Of a DNA stretch of 32,000 nucleotides, positions 1 to 9,081 are shown piece by piece. Position 1 is the first letter of the stretch, and the number at the start of each line of letters is the position of its first letter. Source of the stretch: Crocosphaera subtropica ATCC 51142 (GTDB taxonomy: Bacteria > Cyanobacteriota > Cyanobacteriia > Cyanobacteriales > Microcystaceae); assembly GCF_000017845.1 (NCBI RefSeq), contig NC_010546.1, positions 4,530,001-4,562,000 on the forward strand. Reading direction: 5' to 3'. The translations under genes and the position numbers were made by a program. The notes beneath the pieces are model-generated. The model did not search any database. It was not told where the DNA came from and worked only from the letters and a program-made list of their open reading frames with translations.

Positions 1-450
1 TTCGTCGATGGCCAGTTCTGATTGTTGGGCTGCTGTGACGGCTAAGCGATCGCATTGTTCATTTTCGGGGTGGCCGGCGTGACCTTTTACCCAGACAAAT
101 TCTACTTCATGTTCTTCACATAAATCTAATAATTTTTGCCACAAATCAGGATTTTTTGCCGTTTCTTTTTTATTCCTTTTCCAACCATTTCCTTGCCATT
201 TTTTTGCCCATCCTTTAGTAATAGCATCGACTAAGTAACGAGAATCCGTGTATAAAGTAACGTCACAAGGCATTTTTAGGGCTTCTAACCCAATAATGGC
301 CGCCATCATTTCCATACGGTTATTGGTGGTTAAACGATAACCTCCTGACAGTTCTTTCCGATGTTCATTATGGACTAGAATAATGCCATAACCCCCTTTT
401 CCTGGATTGCCAGAGCAAGCCCCATCTGTGTAAATTTGTACCTTTTTCAT
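1..450 (-). CDS. rnhA: Ribonuclease HI, C-terminal few residues cut off by the window edge
   Basis: Not in the ORF track because it runs off the window edge. My reverse-complement translation from the ATG (complement of 448-450) reads [150 protein letters not shown]. It carries RNase HI hallmarks: TDGxxxGNPG, TNNRME, TDSxY, the W-rich basic protrusion, and VKGHxGxxxNExCDxLA. Confidence 0.85.
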   Translation of the reverse strand, partial: MKKVQIYTDGACSGNPGKGGYGIILVHNEHRKELSGGYRLTTNNRMEMMAAIIGLEALKMPCDVTLYTDSRYLVDAITKGWAKKWQGNGWKRNKKETAKNPDLWQKLLDLCEEHEVEFVWVKGHAGHPENEQCDRLAVTAAQQSELAIDE

Positions 451-540
451 AGCTTACCCAATTGTTTTAAATTCCCAATATAGAATTGACCATAACTATA
501 ACAGGACAAAGAATCGTTAGGACTATAAATGCTTATTGAA

Positions 541-555
541 AGGGAACAGGGAACA
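541..555. repeat. Tandem heptamer GGGAACA x2 (STRR-like); an inverted copy lies at 22519-22533
   Basis: The sequence agggaacagggaaca sits in the spoT-rnhA spacer. Its exact reverse complement tgttccctgttccct is found at 22519-22533, upstream of the P450 gene. Confidence 0.6.
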
Positions 556-572
556 GAAGAAGTATCTTAAGC

Positions 573-2807
573 TTAAAAATCAACCCCATTAACTCGATGA
601 ATATTGAGAATATCACTCATATTATTAATACTATTAATGAGATAATCTAACTGTTGGCGATCGCGGATTTCGATGCGTAAATTAATAATCGCTGGTTTAT
701 TGCGCCCGGTTTTCACCCCTGCGTTGCAGACATTGATATGGTGGTCACTCACCCGCAATAAAATATCTTTGAGAACGCCAACCCGATCGAGAGCTTCGAT
801 TTGTACATCCACGGGATAAGTGGTGGCACACCCTTTACTATCCACTGTATTCCAACGCACTGGAATGAATCGTTCTCCAGGAACATTCTCTATATTAGAA
901 CAACTTTGAGCATGGATAGAAATGCCCCGATTTCCCCTAGTTACCACACCAATAATGGGATCTCCGGGTAAAGGCGTACAACACCCTGCAATATGATAAA
1001 CTAACCCTTCTACCCCAAGAATGGGGGACTTATTGGGTTTAGTGGGACAAGAAGGAGAAGGAGACGCACTGGGTAAGTTAATCTCTGAAACCTCTTCTTT
1101 TTGATTCGTAACAGTCACTTCTCGGACACGGTTCACCACTTGGTTAAGGGTGATCCCACCATAACCCAACCCGGCTAATAAATCATCTACTGACTGGTAA
1201 TTACATTTTTCAGCAACGGTTTGCATGGGTTGAGACTTCAATAAGGCTTCAAAGCCATTTTTCCCTAATTCTTTTTCGAGGATGTCTCGGCCCCTAGACA
1301 TATTTTCTTCTCGACGGGATCGCTTGAACCATTGACGAATACGGTTACGGGCGGTGGGAGTCACCACAAAGTTTAACCAGTCTAAACTGGGATGACAGTT
1401 CTTTTGGGTAATAATTTCGACAATGTCCCCGTTGTGTAAGGGTTGGTCAAGAACAGACCATTTCCCGTTAATTCTGGCCCCTTTCATGTGGTTCCCCACT
1501 TCGGTGTGAATGCGATAGGCGAAGTCTACGGCGGTTGCCCCTCTCGATAGGGCGATCACATCTCCATCGGGGGTAAAGACATAAACATCATCGTCAAAGA
1601 GGTTATCTTTAAGATTTTCTACATATTCTTGATCGTCTTTGAGGTCTTTTTGCCAATCGAGAAGTTGCCGTAACCAGGTAAATTTTTCATCTTCATTAGA
1701 AAAATGGGTATGATTTGATCCCCCGGTTTCTTTATATTTCCAGTGGGCTGCAATTCCATATTCAGCGATATGGTGCATTTCTAGGGTCCGAATTTGGATT
1801 TCTAGGGGACGACCATTCAAACCAACAACGGTGGTATGTAAGGACTGATAACGGTTGGGTTTAGGTAGTCCAATGTAGTCCTTAAAGCGGCCGGGCATGG
1901 GTTTAAAGACATCGTGAACCACTGCTAGGGCCCGATAACATTCTTCATTGGTTTTCACAATAATTCTCAACGCAGCCAGATCGTAAATTTCATGAAATCC
2001 TTTATTCTGACGCTGCATTTTGAAATAAATACCATAGAGATGCTTGGGTCGTCCTTGTAATTCTAGGACTTGTATCCCCATGTCATCCAGTCGTTTTTGC
2101 AGAATATTTTTAACGGTTTCGATGCGAGTTTCTCGATCAATGCGCTTCTCTGAAACGAAGTTTTGAATTTCTCGATAGTCTTCTGGTTCTAGATATTTAA
2201 AGGATAAATCTTCTAATTCCCATTTAACACGCCAAATCCCTAAACGGTTGGCTAAGGGGGCAAATATTTCTTTGGTTTCTCTGGCAATACGCTTTTGTTT
2301 TTCTGGCCGGAGGGGTTCTAGGGTTCGCATATTGTGGAGGCGATCGGCTAGTTTGACCACAATGACACGAATATCTCTGGCCATCGCTAAAAACATCCGT
2401 CGAAAGTTCTCGGCCTGTTGTTCGGTTTTATTAGAAAAGTTAAATTTTGAGAGTTTGGTCACCCCTTCTACTAACAAGGCGACTTCTTGACCGAACATTT
2501 CTTCTATTTCTTCTACTGTGACATCCGTATCTTCTACTACGTCATGAAGGAAACCAGCAGCAATCATGGCCTTATCCCCCCCTAAATCCCGAAGAATACC
2601 AGCAACCGCTACAGGATGAGCAATATAAGGTTCTCCTGACTTACGGGTTTGTCCTTCGTGCAGTTTATAGGCAAAATTAAACGCACGACAAATTAAGTCG
2701 AGATCCTGATTACTTTTGTCTGACTCATGGGAAAGCAAACACTGGTTTAACCAGTCGGGAAGGGCGATGTCTAGGGGTTTACTGTCAGGGAAGGTAACTG
2801 CGTTCAT
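573..2807 (-). CDS. spoT: Bifunctional (p)ppGpp synthetase/hydrolase (RelA/SpoT homologue)
   Basis: 744-aa ORF. It has the HD hydrolase motif (FLHDVVEDT), a RelA/SpoT synthetase core (RPKHLYGIYFKM, RYQSLHTTV), a TGS domain (VYVFTPDGDVIAL, AVDFAYRIH) and a C-terminal ACT-like region. Confidence 0.95.
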   Translation of the reverse strand: MNAVTFPDSKPLDIALPDWLNQCLLSHESDKSNQDLDLICRAFNFAYKLHEGQTRKSGEPYIAHPVAVAGILRDLGGDKAMIAAGFLHDVVEDTDVTVEEIEEMFGQEVALLVEGVTKLSKFNFSNKTEQQAENFRRMFLAMARDIRVIVVKLADRLHNMRTLEPLRPEKQKRIARETKEIFAPLANRLGIWRVKWELEDLSFKYLEPEDYREIQNFVSEKRIDRETRIETVKNILQKRLDDMGIQVLELQGRPKHLYGIYFKMQRQNKGFHEIYDLAALRIIVKTNEECYRALAVVHDVFKPMPGRFKDYIGLPKPNRYQSLHTTVVGLNGRPLEIQIRTLEMHHIAEYGIAAHWKYKETGGSNHTHFSNEDEKFTWLRQLLDWQKDLKDDQEYVENLKDNLFDDDVYVFTPDGDVIALSRGATAVDFAYRIHTEVGNHMKGARINGKWSVLDQPLHNGDIVEIITQKNCHPSLDWLNFVVTPTARNRIRQWFKRSRREENMSRGRDILEKELGKNGFEALLKSQPMQTVAEKCNYQSVDDLLAGLGYGGITLNQVVNRVREVTVTNQKEEVSEINLPSASPSPSCPTKPNKSPILGVEGLVYHIAGCCTPLPGDPIIGVVTRGNRGISIHAQSCSNIENVPGERFIPVRWNTVDSKGCATTYPVDVQIEALDRVGVLKDILLRVSDHHINVCNAGVKTGRNKPAIINLRIEIRDRQQLDYLINSINNMSDILNIHRVNGVDF

Positions 2808-2957
2808 AGGAGGATCGGGCTAGGTATAGAAGGAATGAGAATGGATAAGAAAACGGTAAACAAGAGTATTCAAACGCTAATTCTTCTCTGATGGAAAAAG
2901 TTAAGGCATAAAACCATTGGTTTTACTTTGTGCTACTTTGTTTTTACCACCAGTTCC

Positions 2958-2990
2958 GTCCTCATTTTCAAAAGCGAGGACTTCTTTTAA
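2958..2990 (+). terminator. Candidate intrinsic terminator or attenuator hairpin on the + strand
   Basis: GTCCTC (2958-2963) pairs with GAGGAC (2976-2981) around a 12-nt loop, followed by TTCTTTTAATAATTT. The T-rich tail exists only in the + orientation. It lies about 90 nt upstream of the 3081 CDS, in the divergent spoT spacer. Confidence 0.3.
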
Positions 2991-3080
2991 TAATTTCAGT
3001 TTAAGGACAGATTGAGATTGGTTAAAGTTACTCAGGAAGTTTAATATTTATTTACAAATTCTAACGCAATATGGTGTCCT

Positions 3081-3473
3081 ATGTTACTGAAATTTTATCA
3101 TCAGTCTTATCAAGAGCTTTTAGATAGGCTCCTAGAACTCCAAAAGCAAGTGCTGGCCAAAGATATAGATATGATAACGATAAAATCTATTTATGAGCAG
3201 ACACAAGGGATTTTTCAGACTCAGATTCTCAGGGTGAGATTAGATGAATTAGATTGTAACGCGCACCGCGAAGCGGATCTCTTCGAGATCGCCTTGATTC
3301 GATCAGCACAAACAGAAATTCACAAAAATTTAAGATTGTTGAAAACAGAATTACTATTTTTAACCACTTCTCGTCAAACGCAAACTACAGAACAGAGATT
3401 AAAAAAGGTGCAAGAAAAGGTTAGGGAATTAATTGGGTATTCTCAGGCAATTATTAGCCAACTGGATCAATAA
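3081..3473 (+). CDS. Small helical, coiled-coil-like hypothetical protein, possibly the cyanobacterial PatD-like family (unverified recollection)
   Basis: 130-aa ORF with heptad-like Leu/Gln-rich sequence. It has no competing ORF. Codons 61-71 are encoded by the 33-nt repeat element at 3261-3293. Confidence 0.6.
   Translation: MLLKFYHQSYQELLDRLLELQKQVLAKDIDMITIKSIYEQTQGIFQTQILRVRLDELDCNAHREADLFEIALIRSAQTEIHKNLRLLKTELLFLTTSRQTQTTEQRLKKVQEKVRELIGYSQAIISQLDQ
3261..3293 (+). repeat. 33-nt double mini-hairpin element, copy A (inside a CDS, in frame)
   Basis: gcgcaccgcgaagcggatctcttcgagatcgcc matches 18691-18723 at 31 of 33 positions. It contains the GCGAAGC mini-hairpin and GATCTC-TTC-GAGATC. 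Confidence 0.8.
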
Positions 3474-3536
3474 TAGCTACTTCTCCTAACTTGTCATAGT
3501 TGGGAGAGTTTTTCTTATTATAAAAAACTCTTCAGT

Positions 3537-4409
3537 CTAAGATTTTTTTAGCCACTTTTCTTTAAACTTTTTGATTTCTTCTTGTCCATAGAAATGTTGT
3601 GTATACTTTGAGTTATACATCTCGTCTATATAAGATTCGGGTAAATTAATAGATTGCTGAAATCTATCATATTTTTGAGCATAGTTTTTTTTCTTACCTA
3701 TATTGGTATTTTTTATGCTGAATTCTTCTAAATTAGTGAATTCTTTCATGGATTCTTCAATTTTATCATTGATATTTTCTGTCCTTATTAGAAGAAGTTC
3801 AACATTATTAGCTTTAAATATTTGATAACCTTGATTTTGAGGGAATTTTTCTTTAAAGACATCGATGCCGAAAACACTATTAATATTGTTATCTAACCAA
3901 TTTAACACCCAACGATGATGAAAATTTTTGATAAATTCATCAATTAGTTCATCTACACTTTTATTTTCAATGGTTCCATTTCTATGAAAAAAAGGATTCT
4001 TTAAATTCTCGAAAAAATCGGAAACATTCTTAGAAATTGGTTCTCTAACTAATGTTATAATTTTCCATTTCTTACTGTTAAAATTTTTGAGAATTTCTTG
4101 ATAAAGATACCATTCTGTGATTAGTCTTTCTTTTTGAGAGCGATGAGGATGAATTTTGATTTTTTCTTCAAAGTTATTAAAATTACTGGGGACAAGATTA
4201 TGGGTATGATAAATAGGGCTTTCTAAATTAAGTTTTTTTAGAGAATTATAAATGGACATAGAACCCACTTTTCCCATTTGATGAACTAAGATGAATTCTG
4301 GTTGACTCATTTCTTGAATAAGACGATTTTTGAATTGATACAAATAATAAGCCTCTTTGACTCGTTTTAAATTAGATGTAAAAAGTTGGTTAATTATATT
4401 CATATTCAA
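3537..4409 (-). CDS. Sulfotransferase-fold protein (putative), AT-rich orphan gene
   Basis: 290-aa ORF. HQMGKVGSMSI resembles the PAPS 5'-phosphosulfate loop (PKxGxTS). LVREPISKNVSDFF resembles the 3'-phosphate RxPxxRxxS motif. Sampled 60-nt lines are about 22-25% G+C by hand count. Confidence 0.5.
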   Translation of the reverse strand: MNMNIINQLFTSNLKRVKEAYYLYQFKNRLIQEMSQPEFILVHQMGKVGSMSIYNSLKKLNLESPIYHTHNLVPSNFNNFEEKIKIHPHRSQKERLITEWYLYQEILKNFNSKKWKIITLVREPISKNVSDFFENLKNPFFHRNGTIENKSVDELIDEFIKNFHHRWVLNWLDNNINSVFGIDVFKEKFPQNQGYQIFKANNVELLLIRTENINDKIEESMKEFTNLEEFSIKNTNIGKKKNYAQKYDRFQQSINLPESYIDEMYNSKYTQHFYGQEEIKKFKEKWLKKS

Positions 4410-4596
4410 TAATAAAGATTAATAGTATCAACTTAGTTGATTCTTGATTATACAACAGACATCATTCATAGAGATAAATCTTGGCTAGTGATAGTGAAAC
4501 CTTGAAAATGTTAGGATAAAATGCAATCTGACTCTATTGAGTGGCACAAAATCTCTGACATTGCGTCAACTAGCTTGAAAGGAGGGAGACTGCACC

Positions 4597-5646
4597 ATGA
4601 CCACCCTATTGCGTAACTGTTGGTATGTTGCCTTACCTGGGAAAGACCTCAAACCAGGTAAAATGGTGCATAAGAAAATGCTGGGAGAACCAGTCTTAGT
4701 GGGACGACATGAAGACGGGGAAGTATTTGCAATGCGTAATATTTGTCCCCACCGAGGCATTCCCCTACAATACGGGTGGATGGAAGGAAAAGATGTTTGT
4801 TGCTGTTATCATGGTTGGAAATTTAGCAGCGAAGATGGTCATTGTCGAGAAATTCCCTCTTTGACTGAATATGATGACTTAGATATTAGTCGTATTCGGG
4901 TTCCGACTTATCCGTGTCGAGAGGTGCAAGGAAATATTTGGGTTTATTTTGCTGAAGATAGCAAAAAAGAGCTTGATCCGACAACAATTCCCCCAGTACC
5001 AACTATTCCAGACTTTGGTAAAGTCTCTCCGGGTATCTCCGAAACCATCGATTTTGCTTGTCATATCGACCATGCTATTATCGGATTGATGGACCCGGCC
5101 CATGGCCCTTATGTTCATAGTTCCTGGTGGTGGCGTAGTGGACCCCGTAAGTTTCGGGTCAAAGAAAAGCAGTATGAACCCGTTCCTTTGGGTTTTCGTC
5201 TGGTTCCCTATGAGATGCCTGTGAGTGCGAGGCCATACAAAATTTTGGGGAATAAAGTCTCTATTGAGATTGTCTTTGAGTTACCCAGTGTCAGAACAGA
5301 AATACTAAGAGGCGATCGCTATTCTGCTTGTCTCTTAACAACCATTACGCCTATTGATGAAACTCAGTGTATCGCCTTTCAAAGTATTTATTGGACAATT
5401 CCTTGGATGGGACTGTTTAAACCTTTATTAAGTCTCTTAACCCGTAAATTCTTGGCACAAGATCGTGATGTGGTCATTCAACAACAAGAAGGGTTAGCTT
5501 ATGATCCCCCTCTAATGTTAATTGATGATGCGGATACTCAGGCTAAATGGTATTTTCGTCTTAAACAAGAATATCAAAAAGCCCAGGCTGAAAATCGACC
5601 CTTTCAAAATCCTGTAGAACCAAGAATTTTACGCTGGAGAAGTTAA
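4597..5646 (+). CDS. Rieske [2Fe-2S] non-haem iron oxygenase (PAO/VanA-like alpha subunit)
   Basis: 349 aa. It has the Rieske motif CPHRG...CCYHGW and the mononuclear iron motif DPAHGPYVH (DxxHxxxxH). GGAGGGA lies upstream of the ATG. Confidence 0.9.
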   Translation: MTTLLRNCWYVALPGKDLKPGKMVHKKMLGEPVLVGRHEDGEVFAMRNICPHRGIPLQYGWMEGKDVCCCYHGWKFSSEDGHCREIPSLTEYDDLDISRIRVPTYPCREVQGNIWVYFAEDSKKELDPTTIPPVPTIPDFGKVSPGISETIDFACHIDHAIIGLMDPAHGPYVHSSWWWRSGPRKFRVKEKQYEPVPLGFRLVPYEMPVSARPYKILGNKVSIEIVFELPSVRTEILRGDRYSACLLTTITPIDETQCIAFQSIYWTIPWMGLFKPLLSLLTRKFLAQDRDVVIQQQEGLAYDPPLMLIDDADTQAKWYFRLKQEYQKAQAENRPFQNPVEPRILRWRS

Positions 5647-5742
5647 CGGTTTGAAGATGATTATCTTGTTCTCTATTGATTATTAATTATTACTATAAAA
5701 AGCTGTTTTATCGGAGGTATAATATATAAGTATAAAGTGACT

Positions 5743-6150
5743 CTAAAACAACCCTTGAAAACTTTTTAGGGATTCTAATTGTTGGTTTTGTTGTTGTAAT
5801 TGTGTAGCGATAGAATTACAAACAATATCACATAAAGGAAATACCAATGGATTAGCGATCGCATAAAAAACATTGACCCCTTCTTGGGTTCGATTAACAA
5901 TTCCTGCTTGAGTTAATACTTTTAAATGTTTAGATACATTCGCTTGTCCTAATCCCGTAATTTCGATGATTTGAGAAACATTTTTTTCCCCATTTTTTAA
6001 TGCACAAATAATTTGCAAGCGACTCACTTCCGATAAGACTTTGAAGAAATCGGCAATCATAGCCAACACAGCAGGAGGTAAACTAGAAATCTCTTCATTT
6101 CCTAACAATGTTGTTTCGGTAAGGTATTGAGAGGGGGTAATTTTCGGCAT
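5743..6150 (-). CDS. ArsR/SmtB-family winged-helix transcriptional regulator
   Basis: 135 aa. LSEVSRLQIICALKNGEKNVSQIIEITGLGQANVSKHLKVLTQAGIV is a typical ArsR HTH core. Confidence 0.9.
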   Translation of the reverse strand: MPKITPSQYLTETTLLGNEEISSLPPAVLAMIADFFKVLSEVSRLQIICALKNGEKNVSQIIEITGLGQANVSKHLKVLTQAGIVNRTQEGVNVFYAIANPLVFPLCDIVCNSIATQLQQQNQQLESLKSFQGLF

Positions 6151-6321
6151 ATTGTTATTTTGATAACAAACTATGTGGACATATTATGATTTTTAATTAT
6201 AGCTTAATTAATGCTAAGTTCCTATATTACTAAATAGTTGTAAATTAAAGGAAGTCAAAGAAACAATTATAATGAAGGCAATCAAGATTAAAATATAGAG
6301 GAAATAAATAGGAAATAAACA

Positions 6322-7044
6322 ATGGAATTAGAAGAATTATTGAGTAAATATCATTTAGGAGAGAGAAAATTCCATCAAATCGTTCTTAGAGAAGCAGATT
6401 TAATTGATCTTAATCTTTCAGGTGTGGATTTTCAGGGAGCAGATTTACGACAATCTCGCTTAGGAAAAAGCGTTTTTTGTCAAGCTATTTTAAAAAAAGT
6501 TAATCTTAGCGAGTCCATTCTCTGGGGAACTGACTTAAGGGATGTAGACTTATCTCAAGGGATCTTAAGAGATGCGGATCTGAGTGGGGCAAAATTGATT
6601 GATGCTAACCTCACCGATGCTTATCTAAGTAAGGCTAGTTTGTGTGGGGCAAATTTAACAGGGGCAGTATTATTACGGGCTATTTTATACGAAGTCGATT
6701 TACGTCCTACGTCTGAGAGAAGAACCAATTTAGGGCAGGCGAATTTAAGCCAAGCAGACCTATGTTATGCTAATTTAAGTTCAGCTTTATTATATCAGGC
6801 CAATTTATCTGGGGCGAGATTATGCCGAGCTAAATTAACGCAAGAACCCTATCGATCGCCTTTTCCTAGTGATTTAACAGAAGCTAATTTACAAGGAGCC
6901 GATCTGAGTTATGCTGACTTCAGTAACGCTATTTTAGTTAATAGTAATTTAAAGGATGCAGACTTGACCGGAACTATTTTAAACAATGCGGATTTACGAG
7001 GGGCAATTATGCCCAATGGTCAGATTTATAGTGATTTTGATTAA
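6322..7044 (+). CDS. Pentapeptide-repeat protein (cytoplasmic type)
   Basis: 240 aa, dominated by A(D/N)LxG-type pentapeptides (ADLSGAKL, ANLTGAVL, ADLSYADF). Confidence 0.9.
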   Translation: MELEELLSKYHLGERKFHQIVLREADLIDLNLSGVDFQGADLRQSRLGKSVFCQAILKKVNLSESILWGTDLRDVDLSQGILRDADLSGAKLIDANLTDAYLSKASLCGANLTGAVLLRAILYEVDLRPTSERRTNLGQANLSQADLCYANLSSALLYQANLSGARLCRAKLTQEPYRSPFPSDLTEANLQGADLSYADFSNAILVNSNLKDADLTGTILNNADLRGAIMPNGQIYSDFD

Positions 7045-7224
7045 ATCTTTTAACCACATAAATTTTAGAGGATTTTGAGAGAAATAACATTCATTCTATT
7101 GAAACAATGTTGCCTATAATTTTAGCTGTGAACTTATTAAAAATAAAACAATAGGGTCACTGATAGAAAAAACTATTGTATAATTGAAGGTTGCGGTAAA
7201 AAATTAAAAAAGGAACAACAAATC

Positions 7225-7683
7225 ATGGCAAAACGAGTGCAAGTCGTATTGAATGAATCCATTAATAAATTAGGGAAAGACGGGGATTTAGTCGAAGTTG
7301 CTCCAGGATACGCTAGAAATTATTTACTTCCTCAAAAATTAGCTACCCTTGCTACCCCTGGTATTCTCAAACAAGTTGAACAACGTAGAGAAAAAGAGAG
7401 ACAAAGACTCTTAGCGGAGAAACAACAAGCAGAAGGGCAAAAAACAGCCCTCGAAACCATCAAACGCTTTACTATTCGTAAAGAAGTTGGGGAAGGAGAA
7501 GCTATTTTTGGAACGGTGACCACTTCAGAAGTCGCTGAAGCCATCCAAGCAGCAACTAACCAAGAAGTTGATCGTAAAGGGATTACCGTACCTGACATCA
7601 ATAAAACCGGTTTCTACGAAGCAACCGTTAAACTTCATCCTGAAGTGACTGCAACCATCGAGATTCAAGTTGCTCCCCTTTAG
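7225..7683 (+). CDS. rplI: 50S ribosomal protein L9
   Basis: 152 aa. The N-terminus [40 protein letters not shown] is the canonical L9 signature. Confidence 0.95.
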   Translation: MAKRVQVVLNESINKLGKDGDLVEVAPGYARNYLLPQKLATLATPGILKQVEQRREKERQRLLAEKQQAEGQKTALETIKRFTIRKEVGEGEAIFGTVTTSEVAEAIQAATNQEVDRKGITVPDINKTGFYEATVKLHPEVTATIEIQVAPL

Positions 7684-7723
7684 TGGTTAAAATAGTAGGG
7701 GTAGGATGTTTGATAAGCCTACC

Positions 7724-8839
7724 TCATGCCTGAATAAACGAATTCAAATCAGGAACATCAACCCAAGACCCCGTTTCACTGGATTGATGGGTTAAATCCA
7801 TTAATAATTGAGAATACACCCCTTCATACAAAGACGGGACTAAAGATTGTTTTTGATCGATGCTTGCTACCCAACGATCAACAATACGAATAAATGGGGC
7901 TAAGCGTCCATCGGTAAACACTTGAGGAAAGGCTAACCGTTTAGGAATTTCGACTTGACTTAAGGCTTTTCCTGCTTGAGCTTCTTGTAAATGAAACCCG
8001 TGGACATAATCTTTCAAATTATCACTACCTAGGATTAATGTCCCGCGATCGCCGTACACTTCCAGCCAATGACCTCGACCGTTATAAGTCACAGAACTAA
8101 TGGTTAATTGCACCGGTGTACCGTCTGTTAGTTCCAACATAATTAAACAAGTGTCATCGGCATCAACGGGCTTTAATTGGCCGTTGTCTAGGGGATCTGG
8201 TCGTTCTTTGATAGCACATACTAACCGCGCACATAATCGCTTCACTGGACCAAATAACCAATGAATGTAATCAAATGCGTGGGAACCTACCGCCCCCAAT
8301 GCACCACCCCCTCTATCCTTTCTAGCGTACCAGTTCCAGCCCCGTTCTGGGTTCGCACGACTGGCCACTAACCAATCAATTTTAATCAGTCTGGGTTGTC
8401 CTATATAACCTTCTTGTAACTTTTCTGCTAAGCGTTGCCAAGCAGGGACGTAACGAAACTCAAAGTCCGCAGTGGCCACAACCTGATTGTTTGCTGCTAA
8501 ATGATACAATTCTCTAGTTTCTTGGGCGGACATGGCCATGGGTTTTTCTAAAAGAAGGTGTTTCCCCGCTTCTAAAATTTGTTTTCCCATGTCGTAGTGG
8601 AGAAACGGGGGAGTGGATAAAGTAACTGCATCAATGTCGGACATAGCGAGGAGTTTGTCCAAGTTATTGAAGGCATAGGGAATATTATTTTGATCAGCGA
8701 TCGCTTTTGCTTTTCCTAAGTCTCTATTATAAACTGCGACTAACTCGGTGCGAGGGTGATGTTGTAACCCTGGAATATGGATAGCTTGACCGAAACCGGT
8801 TCCAACGACGGCGACACGAATAGCAGAATTAGAACTCAT
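7724..8839 (-). CDS. Gfo/Idh/MocA-family NAD(P)-dependent oxidoreductase
   Basis: 371 aa. It has the Rossmann motif VAVVGTGFGQ and the family motif LLEKPMA. Confidence 0.9.
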   Translation of the reverse strand: MSSNSAIRVAVVGTGFGQAIHIPGLQHHPRTELVAVYNRDLGKAKAIADQNNIPYAFNNLDKLLAMSDIDAVTLSTPPFLHYDMGKQILEAGKHLLLEKPMAMSAQETRELYHLAANNQVVATADFEFRYVPAWQRLAEKLQEGYIGQPRLIKIDWLVASRANPERGWNWYARKDRGGGALGAVGSHAFDYIHWLFGPVKRLCARLVCAIKERPDPLDNGQLKPVDADDTCLIMLELTDGTPVQLTISSVTYNGRGHWLEVYGDRGTLILGSDNLKDYVHGFHLQEAQAGKALSQVEIPKRLAFPQVFTDGRLAPFIRIVDRWVASIDQKQSLVPSLYEGVYSQLLMDLTHQSSETGSWVDVPDLNSFIQA

Positions 8840-8914
8840 AATCTGTCAATAGGATTTTTATCACTTTTATTAACATACCAGTTTGTTAGGTTGATTAGAG
8901 AAAAACTGTAAGCA

Positions 8915-8946
8915 TTCAGCCGTCAGCGTTCAGCGTTCAGCGTTTG
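8915..8946. repeat. Heptamer tandem repeat (TCAGCGT-type, about 4 units, the first degenerate), STRR-like
   Basis: The sequence ttcagccgtcagcgttcagcgttcagcgtttgg lies in the ilvD / oxidoreductase spacer. Confidence 0.75.
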
Positions 8947-9020
8947 GCCAAGAGATACAAGGGATAAGCATTCGTTTAATTGTCTCTCAATATCAAATAC
9001 GCCTTATCTTTACGTCCCAA

Positions 9021-9037
9021 GGCGAGGTTTCCTCGCC
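9021..9037. repeat. GC-rich perfect hairpin GGCGAGG-TTT-CCTCGCC
   Basis: Seven-bp perfect arms. It is part of a hairpin-dense spacer downstream of ilvD. Confidence 0.6.
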
Positions 9038-9063
9038 ATTGGAAAGCGCACCTAGGCTAATAA

Positions 9064-9081
9064 GGGTGGGCAATGCCCACC
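9064..9081 (-). terminator. Probable ilvD terminator hairpin (GGTGGGCA / TGCCCACC)
   Basis: Eight-bp perfect inverted arms begin 6 nt past the ilvD stop codon. The minus-strand tail CTTATT is only moderately U-rich. Confidence 0.4.

Noticed and set aside
2248-2490. 80-aa + strand ORF inside spoT
   Set aside because: It is entirely antisense to a well-supported 744-aa CDS. Its composition is Arg/Ser-rich and shadow-frame-like, and it has no motifs.
4566-5118. Track ORFs 4566-4760 and 4879-5118 (minus strand)
   Set aside because: They are antisense shadow frames of the Rieske oxygenase gene and its leader, with no recognisable features.
7332-7601. 89-aa minus-strand ORF inside rplI
   Set aside because: It is antisense to ribosomal protein L9, a typical shadow ORF.
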